From Amoebidium appalachense (taxonomy: Eukaryota; Protista; Ichthyosporea), in NCBI GenBank assembly GCA_963693365.1, contig CAVNZM010000012.1, positions 186,001 to 250,000 of the forward strand: a stretch of DNA of 64,000 nucleotides. The letters run 5' to 3'. The position numbers and the translations under genes were made by a program. Every line of letters begins with the position of its first letter. Position 1 is the first letter of the stretch. Positions 48,011 through 61,225 of the stretch are shown here, piece after piece. The notes beneath the pieces are model-generated. The model was not told where the DNA came from and did not search any database. It saw nothing but the letters and a program-made list of their open reading frames with translations.

Positions 48011-48576
48011 TGTATCTGGGTCTGCGTGTGTGTGTGCGCGTGTGCGTGTGTGCGTGCGTGCATGTGTGCGTGTGGTGTTTGTGTGTCCGTGTGTCCGTGT
48101 GTGTGTGTGTGTGGGTGTGTGGGTGCGTGCGTGGGTAGGTGCGTGAACGCGCGCGGGTGTGTATTTGTATGTCGTGTTGCCGCAAGCTCGCGTGAGTGCG
48201 CAGCTAGGCACGCTCGTCAGAGTGTTGGGTCCCAGATGGGGGAGGTGGGACGGGGGGAACGGGTGGGGGGGGGGGGGGGGGGGGGGGGGGAAGGGGGGGG
48301 GGAAACGACGGGAGGAAGGGGGAGGCAGGGGAGGGGGGGGGGGGGGGGGGGGTTGATGGCTATGCAGCGCGCACCTTGGACCTGCACGCCCGTTGTCTCG
48401 CCGCACCATGTTTCGACGGTGATTGGTTCCAGCGTCAGGTCCTGTGTGGCCTCGTAGGCAAGCAACATGCCCAGCTCGCTCACAAGCTCACGGAACTCCT
48501 TGCTGCTTGTGCTGGTGCGCCGCAGCAGTGTGATCTTGTGCTTGACTAGCGGGTGGTTGGACTCTAGCACAGGCAT
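43779..48576 (-). CDS. upp: Uracil phosphoribosyltransferase, bacterial Upp type, 6 exons, 217 aa
   Basis: Exons 48375-48576, 46919-46983, 46041-46121, 44808-44903, 44137-44277 and 43779-43847 splice in frame (654 nt). Motifs: [67 protein letters not shown]. Confidence 0.95.
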
Positions 48577-48754
48577 GGTGGCGGGGCGTGGTATCTAGGC
48601 CTAGGGGGTGTAGGGTCCTGCCTGTGTCGCTAAGAAATTAAAACAAAAAAAAAATAAACTGCAACTTGAAGCAAGCTGTGGCAGGGCCGTTCACAACTGA
48701 CTCCTCGACAACAAAGTTTCTGCTCCTTTGCCAAATATGGTCACAAAAAAGATG

Positions 48755-48826
48755 AAGCCAATCATATTGGGACAAACGGTAAACTTTGACCAATCAGATG
48801 TGCGTGAAGCACCATTTTGGCGGGAA
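48755..48826 (-). promoter_or_regulatory. Putative UPRT promoter elements: CCAAT boxes and an E2F-like site
   Basis: ccaatc at ~48758 and ~48790; ttttggcgggaa (TTCCCGCCAAAA on the minus strand) at 48815-48826, about 240 bp upstream of the ATG. Confidence 0.45.
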
Positions 48827-49256
48827 TTTCTGAAGCGTTCCACTACAAAGTGTTGGCAAACTCTCCAAAGCAGCAATAATCTGCGCCCTTTGTTTGTGCC
48901 GACTTTTGTGCACATAGGATTTTTTTCCCCTTATGTAGTTCCCCTGTTAACTTGGGGGTCACTGGTAGAAATTTAAATAGAAAGACCTACGCTCCAAACA
49001 ACAGGATGGCTTTCGAGATGTTGAGGCTTAGACCATGCCGCGAGTTTTTGTCTCTACAATCTCTGAGCCAGTCCATGTCATGGCACATCGCATTGCCTTG
49101 GTAACGACTTTCGTTGGTTTGTTTTCGTTCGTTTGGTTCGATTAGTCTGGCTTCATTGGTTCGACTTCAACCTGGTCTCCTCCACCTCCCCCGGTCCCTC
49201 TCTGACCCGTGACCCTGCGCCCCTTACCCCCTCCCCCCCCCCCCCCCCCCCCCGGC

Positions 49257-49510
<254 letters not shown>

Positions 49511-49873
49511 GTTCCCCAACCCCCTCCCTCCTCCTCAGGGCCACTCTAAATTGCGCTATATTTTCTTGATGGTATTATCATTCAACATCAATTGACATCT
49601 GAAGGGGATCCTGGTTTCCGCGAGCCTTGCCATGGCAATACCTATAACCAATTGTTCATGCTTGTGTAAATACGTGTACCTGTGTGCGTGCGTGCGTGTG
49701 TGTGTGTGTGTGTGTGTGTTTGTGTACTGTATGTGTGTGTGCGTACGCATGTGTGCATGTGACTGTGCATGTGTGTGGGGTGCCGTGTGTGTGTGTGTGC
49801 GCGTGCGTGTGTGTGCGTGCGTATGTGTGTCACTGTGTGTACGTCTGTGAAACTCTGTGTGACTGTGTGCCAC

Positions 49874-49915
<42 letters not shown>

Positions 49916-49934
49916 GCGTGTGTGCGTATTAGTA

Positions 49935-49965
<31 letters not shown>

Positions 49966-50369
49966 GCGTGCGTGTGACTGTGTGTGTGTGCGTGCGTGCG
50001 TGTGTGCGTGTGTGTGTTAGTATGTGCTTGTGTGTGTGCGCGTGCGTGCGTGTAACTGTGTGTGTGTGCGTGCGTGCGTGCGTGCGTCACAGCGTACGAC
50101 TCTCTGTGAGTGTGTGTGTGTGTGCATGTGGCTCCGAGCGGCGTGTGTCTGTGCATGATGTGTGTATGGGTGGGGAGGGGGTGGTGGGGGGGGGGAAGGG
50201 GGGGGGGGGGGGGGGGGGGGGGGGAGGAGAAGGGTGCGTGTGTGCCTACGATCATGTCACATGTACATGTCACAGTGTTTGCTCGAGTGTATGCGTGAGA
50301 CTGCATGCATGTGTCTATGGGTGTGCACACGTGTGTGTGTGTTTTTTCTTTTCTTTTCCTTTTTTTTTT

Positions 50370-50400
<31 letters not shown>

Positions 50401-51417
50401 GGGGCTCGAGGGGAGCAACCTGTGTGTGTCTGTGTGCAGTTAACGTTTGTGTCATGTTACAATGTCATTTCAGTGTATGCATGGCGTTTACAGCCTCGGC
50501 ATGGTTGCGTGTGCAATGTCATTTGTATATCTAAATTAGGAAAGGCCCAATAGCATCATAGCAGCTAAGCCGTATTATTCTGTTCGGCACAAAGCAATTA
50601 AATTTTGCCTTTTGCAGCGTGAGTCTGCCTTAAAAGTTTTGCAGAATAATTTTGTGCTTTATGCAGAGTGTTGGAATTTCAGCATCTGATATTGCGGAGT
50701 AATTCTGCTTTTGTCGAATACTTTTTCTATTTATAGCCTATTCCGACTTTTTTTTAGTTGTTTACGTCCATCCTTGTCGCCATTTCCCTTTACATTCTGT
50801 GCGTGACTTTGAGCCATTGAACGCACACCATTTGAGATAAACCGCGCTTTAGCGTTTTATCTGCAGACGGATCGGTCGGATTGGATCACATTTAAGCCAA
50901 TCAATAAGCGACCAAAAACCTTTTACGCCGGGCGGGAGCCGTGCATGAGCCATGCGGGGCTGGAGCTTCGGGTGGTTATTGACTGGTTTTAAAAAAAAAC
51001 AGGTGCGATCACGGCCAAGGTGAAAGGTTATCGACAATATGTCGTAGGTAAAGGGGCTCGCTACACACCAACAAAGGAGGTTCGTTTTACAAATTTAATA
51101 ATATATTGTAATGCCTTTTTTTTATTGGAAGTCAATAGCAAGCATGAATCCAGGATTATCGCGCAACCTAGAATGACCCCTAACGCGACCACCTTCACAC
51201 GCACAGACGGAATCTGAATATTTCCGTTGCGAACCCCGTACGTGTAGCAATGACAAAGTAGCATGTTTGGGACCTTTTTTTTTTTTTTGGTTGTAAAGAA
51301 TACAGAACTGTAAAAAACGGTCCGTTTGTAGATCTGTATATAAAGAGTTTTTTTTGCCAAGCCTATATATAATGTTATAATTTAACGGCACACCATCAGC
51401 CTTCATAAATGGCGCAA

Positions 51418-51735
51418 CCACATCGGCAGAGTCAACTTGGCCCCAGCAGATCTAGAGTTATTCTGCAAAAAAAAACGGAATCATTCTGCTAAATCTTTAA
51501 AATTTTAGCAGAACACTTGAATGATTCCACCTTTAGTAGAATACTTCTGCTTTTGCAGAATAATTGCAGTATAATCATGGAGATATTCTGCAATTATTCT
51601 GCAATTGGCAGACTTCTACTAAAGGTGGAATCATAATAAAGCCTTCAGCTAAAATTTATAATTAAATGATTTAGCATGATGATTCTGCTTTTTGCAGAAA
51701 AATTCTGCTGGAGCAAGTTGACTCAGCCGATATGG
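51418..51735. mobile_element. Palindromic (foldback) MITE-like element, ~320 bp
   Basis: Termini cca(c/t)atcggc(a/t)gagtcaacttg...ccagcaga are inverted. Internal perfect inverted pairs atgattccacctttagtagaa/ttctactaaaggtggaatcat and tgcagaataattgcag/ctgcaattattctgca. Confidence 0.8.
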
Positions 51736-52016
51736 CTCGGCCTTGAATAGCGTTAACAAGGCCCACAACGTAACCGGCTGTATAAATACCGTATGCACGT
51801 ATATACGTATACAGTGCACACGCAGTGGAAAATATTCCGTTAAGTGTCGCGCACACCCGGCCCGCCCATTGCCAAAGCCTCCGTAGGACAGGCGAGGGGC
51901 TAGCCTAAGCCATCATGATCAGCACCTGCAGTAGTAGCGTACACACTGTGACAGTCATGTGGGTCCTGGAGCTGTGCACGTTGCAAGGCTACTACTGGGT
52001 GCGCCGGGCGGAAAGG

Positions 52017-52107
<91 letters not shown>

Positions 52108-52474
52108 GTGTACACGAGGCCTCCCCCTCCCCCCCCCTATGCCTCCCCACACCCTCTTTCTCGCATTTTTTACTCTTTTTCTCCCTCTGGCATAGCTCCT
52201 CATGCATTACGTAGTAAAACACTTTCATATATACATAGCATGATTGCGCGCCCTGTCCGGCCGACGGTGCACTATGCATATATGATCGTGATATCATCAA
52301 AAACTCAAAAAAAAAGTAGGGACATCGTATTCATAGGGGCCTGATCAGGGTATACGAATACTGAAGGCCCACTCCGGAGCTCATTTTTAGGGGGGGGAGA
52401 CCTTGGCCAATGGGCGGGGATGGGCCGGGGCGGGGAGGGGGAGGGAGGGAGTATGTGTGTGTGGGTGGGTGGGT

Positions 52475-52514
<40 letters not shown>

Positions 52515-53071
52515 GTGGGGTGGGTGGGTGGGTGTTCCGTGGGTGGCAGTGGTTGTGTGTTTGTGTGGGGGGGGGGGGGGGGAGGGGGAAGGGGCGGGGG
52601 AGGAGGAGGGGGGGGGGGGGGGGAGGGGGGGGGGGGGGAGGGGGATTAGAATGTGTTACCACGCACGAACAAAGCCTTTAGGTATGCACACGTGATCCAC
52701 GACAGACAACACGACACAATTCTTATGCAGATATAGCTCGCACACAGCATGTCATTCGCCTGTGATGCAAACACACATTAACTTAACGCCGTTTTCGATA
52801 CCTTTTAAATTTACTTCGTGTATTTTAGAATTTGTGCACCAGTGCAGAATATGTCCTTACGTACAGCCAGTCATGATCACCCTTAAGGGTGTTACTATTA
52901 TTGGCTAAGTAAAATACAGTGAGGGATGGAATCGGCCATAAAAAATATATATAATAATAATAAAAAAAACGTAGCAAGAAAATGATTCGATTCGTTCATC
53001 TAGGGGCTGTGCACGATTTAAGTGCCAGCACACGGTAAACTACGGGACCTTCGTGCAATTCTGTGTGTACA

Positions 53072-55379
53072 CTACTGTGTGCCCTGGCCCCCCAATTGCT
53101 GCAATAGCTGCTGCAGCATGTTGTTGTTTGCCCCCTGCTGTTGCTGTTGTTGCTGCTGTCTCTGCTGCTGCACCTGTCTGAGTAGTTGTTGCTGCTGGGG
53201 GGTCAGGGGCATGCCCTGCTGGGCCCTCTGTACCAGTGTCTGCACCACCTGGTCCACATTGGGCCTAGGCCCACCTTGGTTGGGCCCCTGCATGGCCTGC
53301 TGCATGGGTTGGCCCTGGCCCTGTGCCTGCTGCATCAGCTGCTGCTGCCTGCGGCGCTGTGCCAGTTGTTGGCTCAGTAGCTGCAGTTGGCCCGGGTTGT
53401 TGGCCATGGCTGCTACTTGGGGTGGCAGCTGACCAGACTGCAGCAATGCCTGCAGCCGTGCAAGGGTGCCGGCCTGCCCCCCCTGGCCCTGCTGTTGCTG
53501 TTGCTGGGGCATGGGGTTGGGCATGCGGGGCATCTGGGGCCTAGGGGGCTGCATGGGCGCCATCTGCTGCTGCTGCTGCTGCTGCGTGACGTAGCTGTGG
53601 TAGGCCTGCAGCAGCCGAGACTGGGTGGGGCTCAGGGTGTCCAATATGGTCTGCTGCTCGGCTGGTGTCAGGGGCGATATTCTTGCATGCAGCTCCCGGA
53701 TGGCTGTTAGCTGCTCGGGGGCCAGCTGTGACAGCACCTGATACACGGGCCCACCGGGCCCTGCAGGACGTGGGCCCTGCTGCGGTGCTTGCAGCTGGGG
53801 GCTGGGCTGGGGCCGCTGGGGCTGTTGGGGGGCCTGGGGGTTGAGTAGCCGCTGCAGCTGCGACAGCTGGGGGGTGCCTGGTGCCACGTGCATCTGCATC
53901 TGGTCGTTTGATTGGCCCTGGCTGTGCTGCATAAGCATCTGATTGACCAATGGCACGTTGGTGCGCACGAGGGTCTGGATGGTGGCCTGTCTCGTCTGGT
54001 GGTCCATGGCCCTAAACTCCTCCATGCTCAGCTGGCCCGCATCCATGGCCCTACTGACCAGGGCGGCCAAGATGGGCTGGATACTGCTGCCTCCCCCCCC
54101 ACCCCCCGTGCTGCCCGGTGTGCCTGGGTCCATGCCGTGTGCGTTGCTGAGTGTGCGCTGTGCCATGTTGCCCCCCGGTCTTTGCTGCTGTGGCCACTGC
54201 TGCTGTTGGGGTGATGGGGGTGCTATGGGGGTGTGGGGGGCGCTGTCTCTCCTCCTCTGCTGGTTGGCTGCCAGCACCAGCTGTGTCTTGTCCTGCTCGA
54301 CCTTGCCCAACTCAGCCCTCAGGTGCTGCACCTGCGCTTCTATGTCTGCGTCTCTCTCGTGCTGCCCAAAGTCCGGCGCACTGAGCCTGTGCAGGCACTC
54401 TTGCAGCTTGCGCTCCAACGCCAGCTTGCGATTGGCCAGCGTGCGCACGGCATCCATCAGGGGGTTGACCAGGGCCCCACCCTCACCTCCCCCTGCAGGC
54501 CCTTGCCCGGCCATGGGTGGGGGCTGGGGGGGGAGCAGGGGTTGCTGCTGCCTCTGGGCCTGGATCTTGGCTGCTGGGGCCACAGGGCCAGGGGAGTGGG
54601 TCTGGGGGGCCGCAAGCAGGGGGGATGGGTTGGGCACAGCTAGGCTGATCTGGGACGGTGCACGGCCAAGGGCAGGCGGGGAGGGGGCCAGGCCGGCTGG
54701 TGGGGTGTCCTTGCCGGCATGCTGTGGGGACCTCTGGGGTGGCCTTGGTGGCTGGGGGCCCAGGTGGGGGGACAGAAGGGCCTTGCCCCCGGCCTTGGCC
54801 CCAGCAAGCTTGCCGCCAGGCCCCACAGAGGGCGGGTTGGACAGGGGGCCACCCTGCGGGTTGGGTGATGGTGGTGCGCCGGCCATGACCTTTGTGTTGT
54901 GGGCCGCACCCGGGGTGGGTGGGGGCTGGGGCTGCTGGGGCATGGGCTGGTGCAGCAGCTGCATGGCCCGACGGCGCTTTGCAGCCTGCTGCTTGCGGGC
55001 CACCTTGAGCAGGTGCATCTGCTGGCGCCTGCGGGCTGCAATCTGCGTGCGCAGGTGGTTGCATAGAAGCACGGGGCAGGGCCGGCCTGGGCCCACGTCG
55101 CAGACACTTGCATGGGCACTGCTGAGAATCATCAGCAGGCGGCAATGCTTGCAGTCCTGCTTCTCCCTGCGGCGGGGGCAGGTCTTCCAGTGGCGCAGCA
55201 TCTTCTTCATGCGCACACACAGGTCCCCACTGCACGTGTCGTCTGTGCAGGTGGCACAGTGCACAAAGGCCTCCTGCAGCCGTGTCATGAGGTTCTTGGC
55301 TGGCCTCTTCTCCTCCCTAATGGCGCCCTCACCTGCACAAGCCCATGTCAGTATCATACACACACATGCTTGCTGTGCC

Positions 55380-55410
<31 letters not shown>

Positions 55411-55664
55411 AACAAACAAAAAAAAACCCACCACCCCAAGACTGCAAGGTGCAGCAATGCAACCATGCAACACCCAAAACCCTTCCATCCCTTGCTCTCA
55501 AATGCACACTGCCCGTACACACTCACATATCGACCGTGTCCCTTCACACACACATCCACACAACCGGCTATTCAACCAGCCCCCCCCCCCCCCCCCCCCC
55601 CCCCCCTCCCCCCCCCCTCCGGGGGGCCACACACACACATTCACCCACCTCCACGAACCAACAA

Positions 55665-55730
<66 letters not shown>

Positions 55731-56665
55731 ACGCAAACCTGCACCCCCCCCCCCCCCCCCCCCCCCCCCCAACCGCCCACACACAAGCACGCACAGCCAC
55801 CACATACCTTGGACCTGGTTGTCTGCCGGTGCAGGTGTCTTGGGCTCATTCTCCTCAAAGTCAAACAGCCCCTGCTTGGTCATATCACTGTGCTCGTGCT
55901 GTGACGTCTTGTAGCAGCCATCGCACAGATCAAAATCTTCACACACATTACAATGCCACCGCACATCCGCAGGCCCCAGTCTCGTATCGCACATGTTACA
56001 GATATTCTCCACCCCTTGTACGGTGGTCATATCGGGGCCAGTGTTGTGTAGGTGCCAAAGAAACATGCCTGTGCTATACTTTGCACATCGCAGCGTGTTG
56101 AACTGGTAGTGGTTTTCACGTGCAACGTTTAGAAACCCCTCTCGCCCGTCGAGTAGTTCTCGCTCCATGACGGGGTTGGGATCGACGATGGTTTTTGACA
56201 TCTGTGAGTGCACGTGTTAGTCACGTGTCAGGTGTGAAAGTGTGAAAGTGTGGAAGAGGGAGAGAGGGAGAGAGGGAGAGAGGGAGAGAGGAGAGAGAGA
56301 CACACATACACACACAGAGAGAGAGAGAGCGTGTGTGTGTGCGTGCACGTACATCTGTGCAGTGTGCGTGTGGAGTGTATGTATTGTGTACATGCCAGTA
56401 TTCTTGTTCGTGTCTTTTGGTAGGTGTGGGATGTGTGCATGTCTTTGTCAACATGTGTAGATCCTCCGATAGACGTGTGTTTACCAGTGTGCAAAGGCAC
56501 ACGTACACGACGATTTCAGAATGGCCATATTCGAGTGAGTTGCAACGGTGCGCAAGTCCATGTGAATACGTGGAGGTGCGTGTGCGGCAGTCTGAAAGGT
56601 CCACCTGGTGTTGCCATGTAGATTGATTTGTCTGTGTGAGTGCACACGTGCCTCTGCATGCGTGC

Positions 56666-56707
<42 letters not shown>

Positions 56708-57001
56708 GTGAATGGGTGTGGTCACGTAGACCAGTGTGTGGGTGTGTAGAAGTGTGTGTGCCGGAAGGGTGCTCGTGTGGTCTCTTGTGCATGCATGCAT
56801 GTGTGAGCCGGAAGAAATATGGGCGAGCAGAAGTGTTTTTATATCCTGGTGTACGTAAAGACAGCGAATGTGCCCATGTTGCTACATGCGCGCGCACATG
56901 TTTTTGTGCATGTGAGTGTACTTGTGGCTGTACATGTGCTGCTGTGCATGCGTGTGTGTGTGTGCCTATGCATGTGCAAGTATGTGTGCCCGTATATGAG
57001 G

Positions 57002-57043
<42 letters not shown>

Positions 57044-57671
57044 CGTGCACTTGTATAGCCCCAATATCCACACGTACATCACACACACACGCACACACAC
57101 ACAAACACACACACACACACAGGCACATACCGACTCCTCCACATCCTCCTGCAGCTGGACCACAAAAAACACCTCCTTGTTCCGTCCCATCTGCTCAAAC
57201 AAAATGCCTGCCAGCTCACTATTCTGTCTCTCCAACTGGCCCCCCCGCTTGCTCGTCTTGCCCACCCGCTTGCGGTTGCCCTTCTTGCTGCCTCGCTTGG
57301 CTCCCCCCTTGCCTGCACACCCACATCCCAATCAGCACACGGTCTATGCATGCACAACCGCATCCTCCCCCCCTCCCCCCGATGCATGCGCACGTGCACC
57401 CCCCCACATGCACATACACGTGCGTCCCCCCCCCCCCCTCATGCATGCCCCCCCCCCCCCCCCCCCTGCCTCATGCACGCACACGTGCATGATCATCCCC
57501 CTGCATTATGCACATGCACCCCTCTGCCTCAAACACCGTGATACACGTGCACCAACTGTGCATCATGCACACACACACACAACACACACACAACACACAC
57601 ACACCCACCCACCCACCCACGCCTGCCACATGCACACACACATGCCCCCCCCCCCCCCCCCCCCCCCCCCC

Positions 57672-57715
<44 letters not shown>

Positions 57716-58417
57716 CCCCCCTTTCCCTTCCCCCCCATCCACACCACCCCCCCCACCTGCGGGACTATCCTGCTCATCATCCCTCCCCTCGTCCTCTTTC
57801 AGCTTCGCTATGTGCTGCTCCAACACATCTGGCCAGTAGTCACCGTAGAACTTAGGTAGGTCTCTGCTGCTCTCCATGTTATCCAGTTCCTTCTGTTGCA
57901 TCATGTCTCGGAAGTCGTGCACTGCCCCTGAGTCCTGGCGTAGGGGGTTAGTGTGTGCGTGGTGCATCGGAATGGAAAAATGAGAGAGGGGGAGAGGGGG
58001 AGGGGGTGGAGGGGTAGAATGTGTAATAGAGCACGAAGAACACATCCACAACGAATAACACAACACAGAGTGCAAAACGTGTATGAAGAGCGTGCATTGG
58101 GGGGAGGGGGGGGGGGGGGGAGGGGGAGGGGGTTTGAATGCGCAACACGGTTCGAGGGGGGGGGGGGGGGGGTTGAATGCGGAACACGGTACCGAGAGGG
58201 GGGGGGGGGGGGGGGGGGGGGGTGCATGTAGGTTTGTTTGCACAACACGTTTCATGCATGTGGGTAAAGAAGCATCCCAGCCTTAGTTTGCTGGTGGTGT
58301 TATTATGTGTGTGAGTGGATGAGTGAGCCCCCTCCCTCCCCCCCCCCCCCCCCCCCCCCCCCCCTTTTTTTTTTTTCTTTCTTTTCTTTTCTTTCTTTCT
58401 TTCTTTTTTTTTTTTTT

Positions 58418-58448
<31 letters not shown>

Positions 58449-59077
58449 GGGGGGGATCTCATGTGGTTGGGCAAAAAGGCAAATGGTTTTGGCTCGGAGC
58501 AAAGCCCTTGCCAAAGCCCAGAGGTGATTTATGCGCAACTCTGTGCCGTGTGCTTTATGTGAAACGGCGCAGTCACAGCGCGATAATTCATTCCTGGGGT
58601 ACTTTTGTGTGTGTGTGTGTGTGTGTGTATGTTTCATGAATGCGAATGTTTGCATGTAGTGGTTTCATGCATGCCAACGTGTGTGCCGTGCTTGCGCCTG
58701 CAAGTGAAGTGTGACGGTTGTGCATGCAAGTGTGCGGATTGCGTGTGCATATGTGTGCACCCTTGTGCATGCATGTGCCCGTGCCCACCTTTGCCAGCTG
58801 CAGCATCTTTCTGTACCACTCCTGCAGCCTCCTCGGCTTAGGCACTCTCTGATCTTCTGGGTGGCAATAGAAGATGTAATCATCCCCGGCTGTGGGGGGG
58901 CATGCCCATATATGGGCCCACGTGTAGCCCAGCTTTCGGCAGTAGTCGAAGTAGCCCACCAGGCAGTCGTGGTAGATGGCCGTGCGCAGCCTGCAAACAC
59001 ACACTCAGCACACGGTGCCTCCCCCTCCCCCCCCCCCCCCCCCCCCCCCCCCTCCCCTCCCCCCCCCCCCCTCCCCC

Positions 59078-59124
<47 letters not shown>

Positions 59125-59413
59125 CCCGTCCCCCTCCCCTCCCCTTCCCTCCCCGCCCCCACCACCACCACCACCACCACCACACACAGACCTATATACA
59201 TCTTCCCCCCTCCCAACCCATGCCTCTTCCTCTCCTTCCAACACCACAAAATCTTCTTTGTCTTCTAACACACACACATCCACAATCTCCTCCCCTCTTT
59301 TTCCCTCCCCTCCTCCCCTAACGCTCCAACCCCTGAACAACCTCAATCCCCCACACATCCCCCCTCCCCCGCCCTATCTTAACCTATACACACACACAGC
59401 CCATCCCCCCTCC

Positions 59414-59459
<46 letters not shown>

Positions 59460-59873
59460 CCTCCCCTCTCTCCCCGCCTCCTTCCCTTCCCTCCACACCC
59501 CCACACCCAACCCGTCCACCCCCCACGGACACGTACGATTTTGGCTGAAAGAAGTGCACACTGTCGAGATATGAGATGTAGAGGCGGTGCTTGTTTGGGG
59601 CCGGACAGTCCGAGCCATACTCCTGCAGGTGCAGCCCAAAGAAGGCCACCTCCGTGCCATCCTCCTGCTTCTGAAACATGAAGATGCTCTTGTGTCTGTA
59701 GGGTAAGTACTTGGGGTGGTCCGGAAACCTGGAAAAAACACCTTAGTAAATGCAAGTGTACGCACACACACACACACATGCACATACACACACACACAGA
59801 ACAGACACAGACACAGACACAGAAACACACCCCACCCCACCTTACCATGGCCAAGCACAGGCACAGGCACAGG

Positions 59874-59958
<85 letters not shown>

Positions 59959-60911
59959 AGCACACACCCCCACCCCCCCCACACAGGCACACACAAGCAC
60001 ATGCACAGACACACACCTCTCCGTGGTGTAGGGGCCGATCTCGAACCTCTTGTCGCAGTTATTGACCAGCCGCACTATGACAGGTAGGGCCCCACTGCCC
60101 TCTATCAACTTGTTGAGTCGCTCCTCAAGATAGTCGGATAGCTCAGTCCGCTCAAGCTCTGCACACACAGCGTCAGTGTCACAATACAACCATCCCAAAA
60201 TTTATAAAATTCATAAATTCCAAACTATGATAGGTAAAATTCCAAAATTGACGATTTTTTGAAATTTGACGATTTTCCAAAATTGACGATTTTCTGGATT
60301 TCAATCTTTTGTTGTATTTAGGATTTTTATTTTCATCTTATATCCTGACGGAAGCTTAGAATAAGAGTAGAGGAGAGAGGGGGCGTTTAGAAGGAAGCCT
60401 GGGAGTGGCCAGTTACTATATAAATAAATATATAAATAAATAATAAACAAATAACTAAATAAACAGTGATATCGTCAAGTTCGCATGACCAAAAAATGTG
60501 CCTTTGGTCAAGAATGGACAAGAAGCAAAGGGGCAGCATGCACACAGGGGTAATACAATCATTCCTAAATCTCAATAATCAAATATTTAAATATTAGTGA
60601 TGTCCTCAAATTCACATGACCAACGAGGGTGCATTTGATCTAGAGTGGTGTAGCAGCAAGCAGCAGCATGCATTCACAAAGGGGGAGATAGCACATACTT
60701 TCTGCCGAGTACCGTTTGTAAGCACGGCGCTTGATTCTGCCCTCCCTCTCCTCCTCACACAGGCGGCAGTAGAGCCTCCGGTCTGCATTCTTGTTGAACA
60801 CACGGCAGATCGGGTGCACCTTCATCTTGCAGCCCGCACACTCACCAAGCTGCAGGGAATCAACAAAAGTCAGCGTGTGCAGCGTGCACGTGTAGGTATA
60901 CAGGTGTACAG

Positions 60912-60950
<39 letters not shown>

Positions 60951-61161
60951 TGTGAGTGTGCATCAATAAGTCAAGGTCGGTGAATAATCATAATCATTCC
61001 TGCATGTGTCCAGGCCCTGGCTGATGTCTCTGTATGTGTCCACCAGTGCCGTACTAAGCATGTGCATCTAAATGAGCAGGCATATTGGTGCGTGTGTGTG
61101 CACACAAGCAGAGCATTTGCAGGCTGGTGCTCTCAACAATTGTGCTCCAATGACACTACAC

Positions 61162-61225
<64 letters not shown>

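Noticed and set aside
51900-52020. Exon-like non-repetitive segment (MISTCSSS.../DPFRPAHPVVAL...)
   Set aside because: No recognisable homology and no partner exons could be joined.
53943-55904. 653-aa ORF on the plus strand
   Set aside because: Antisense shadow of the GC-rich CBP terminal exon; no independent coding signal.
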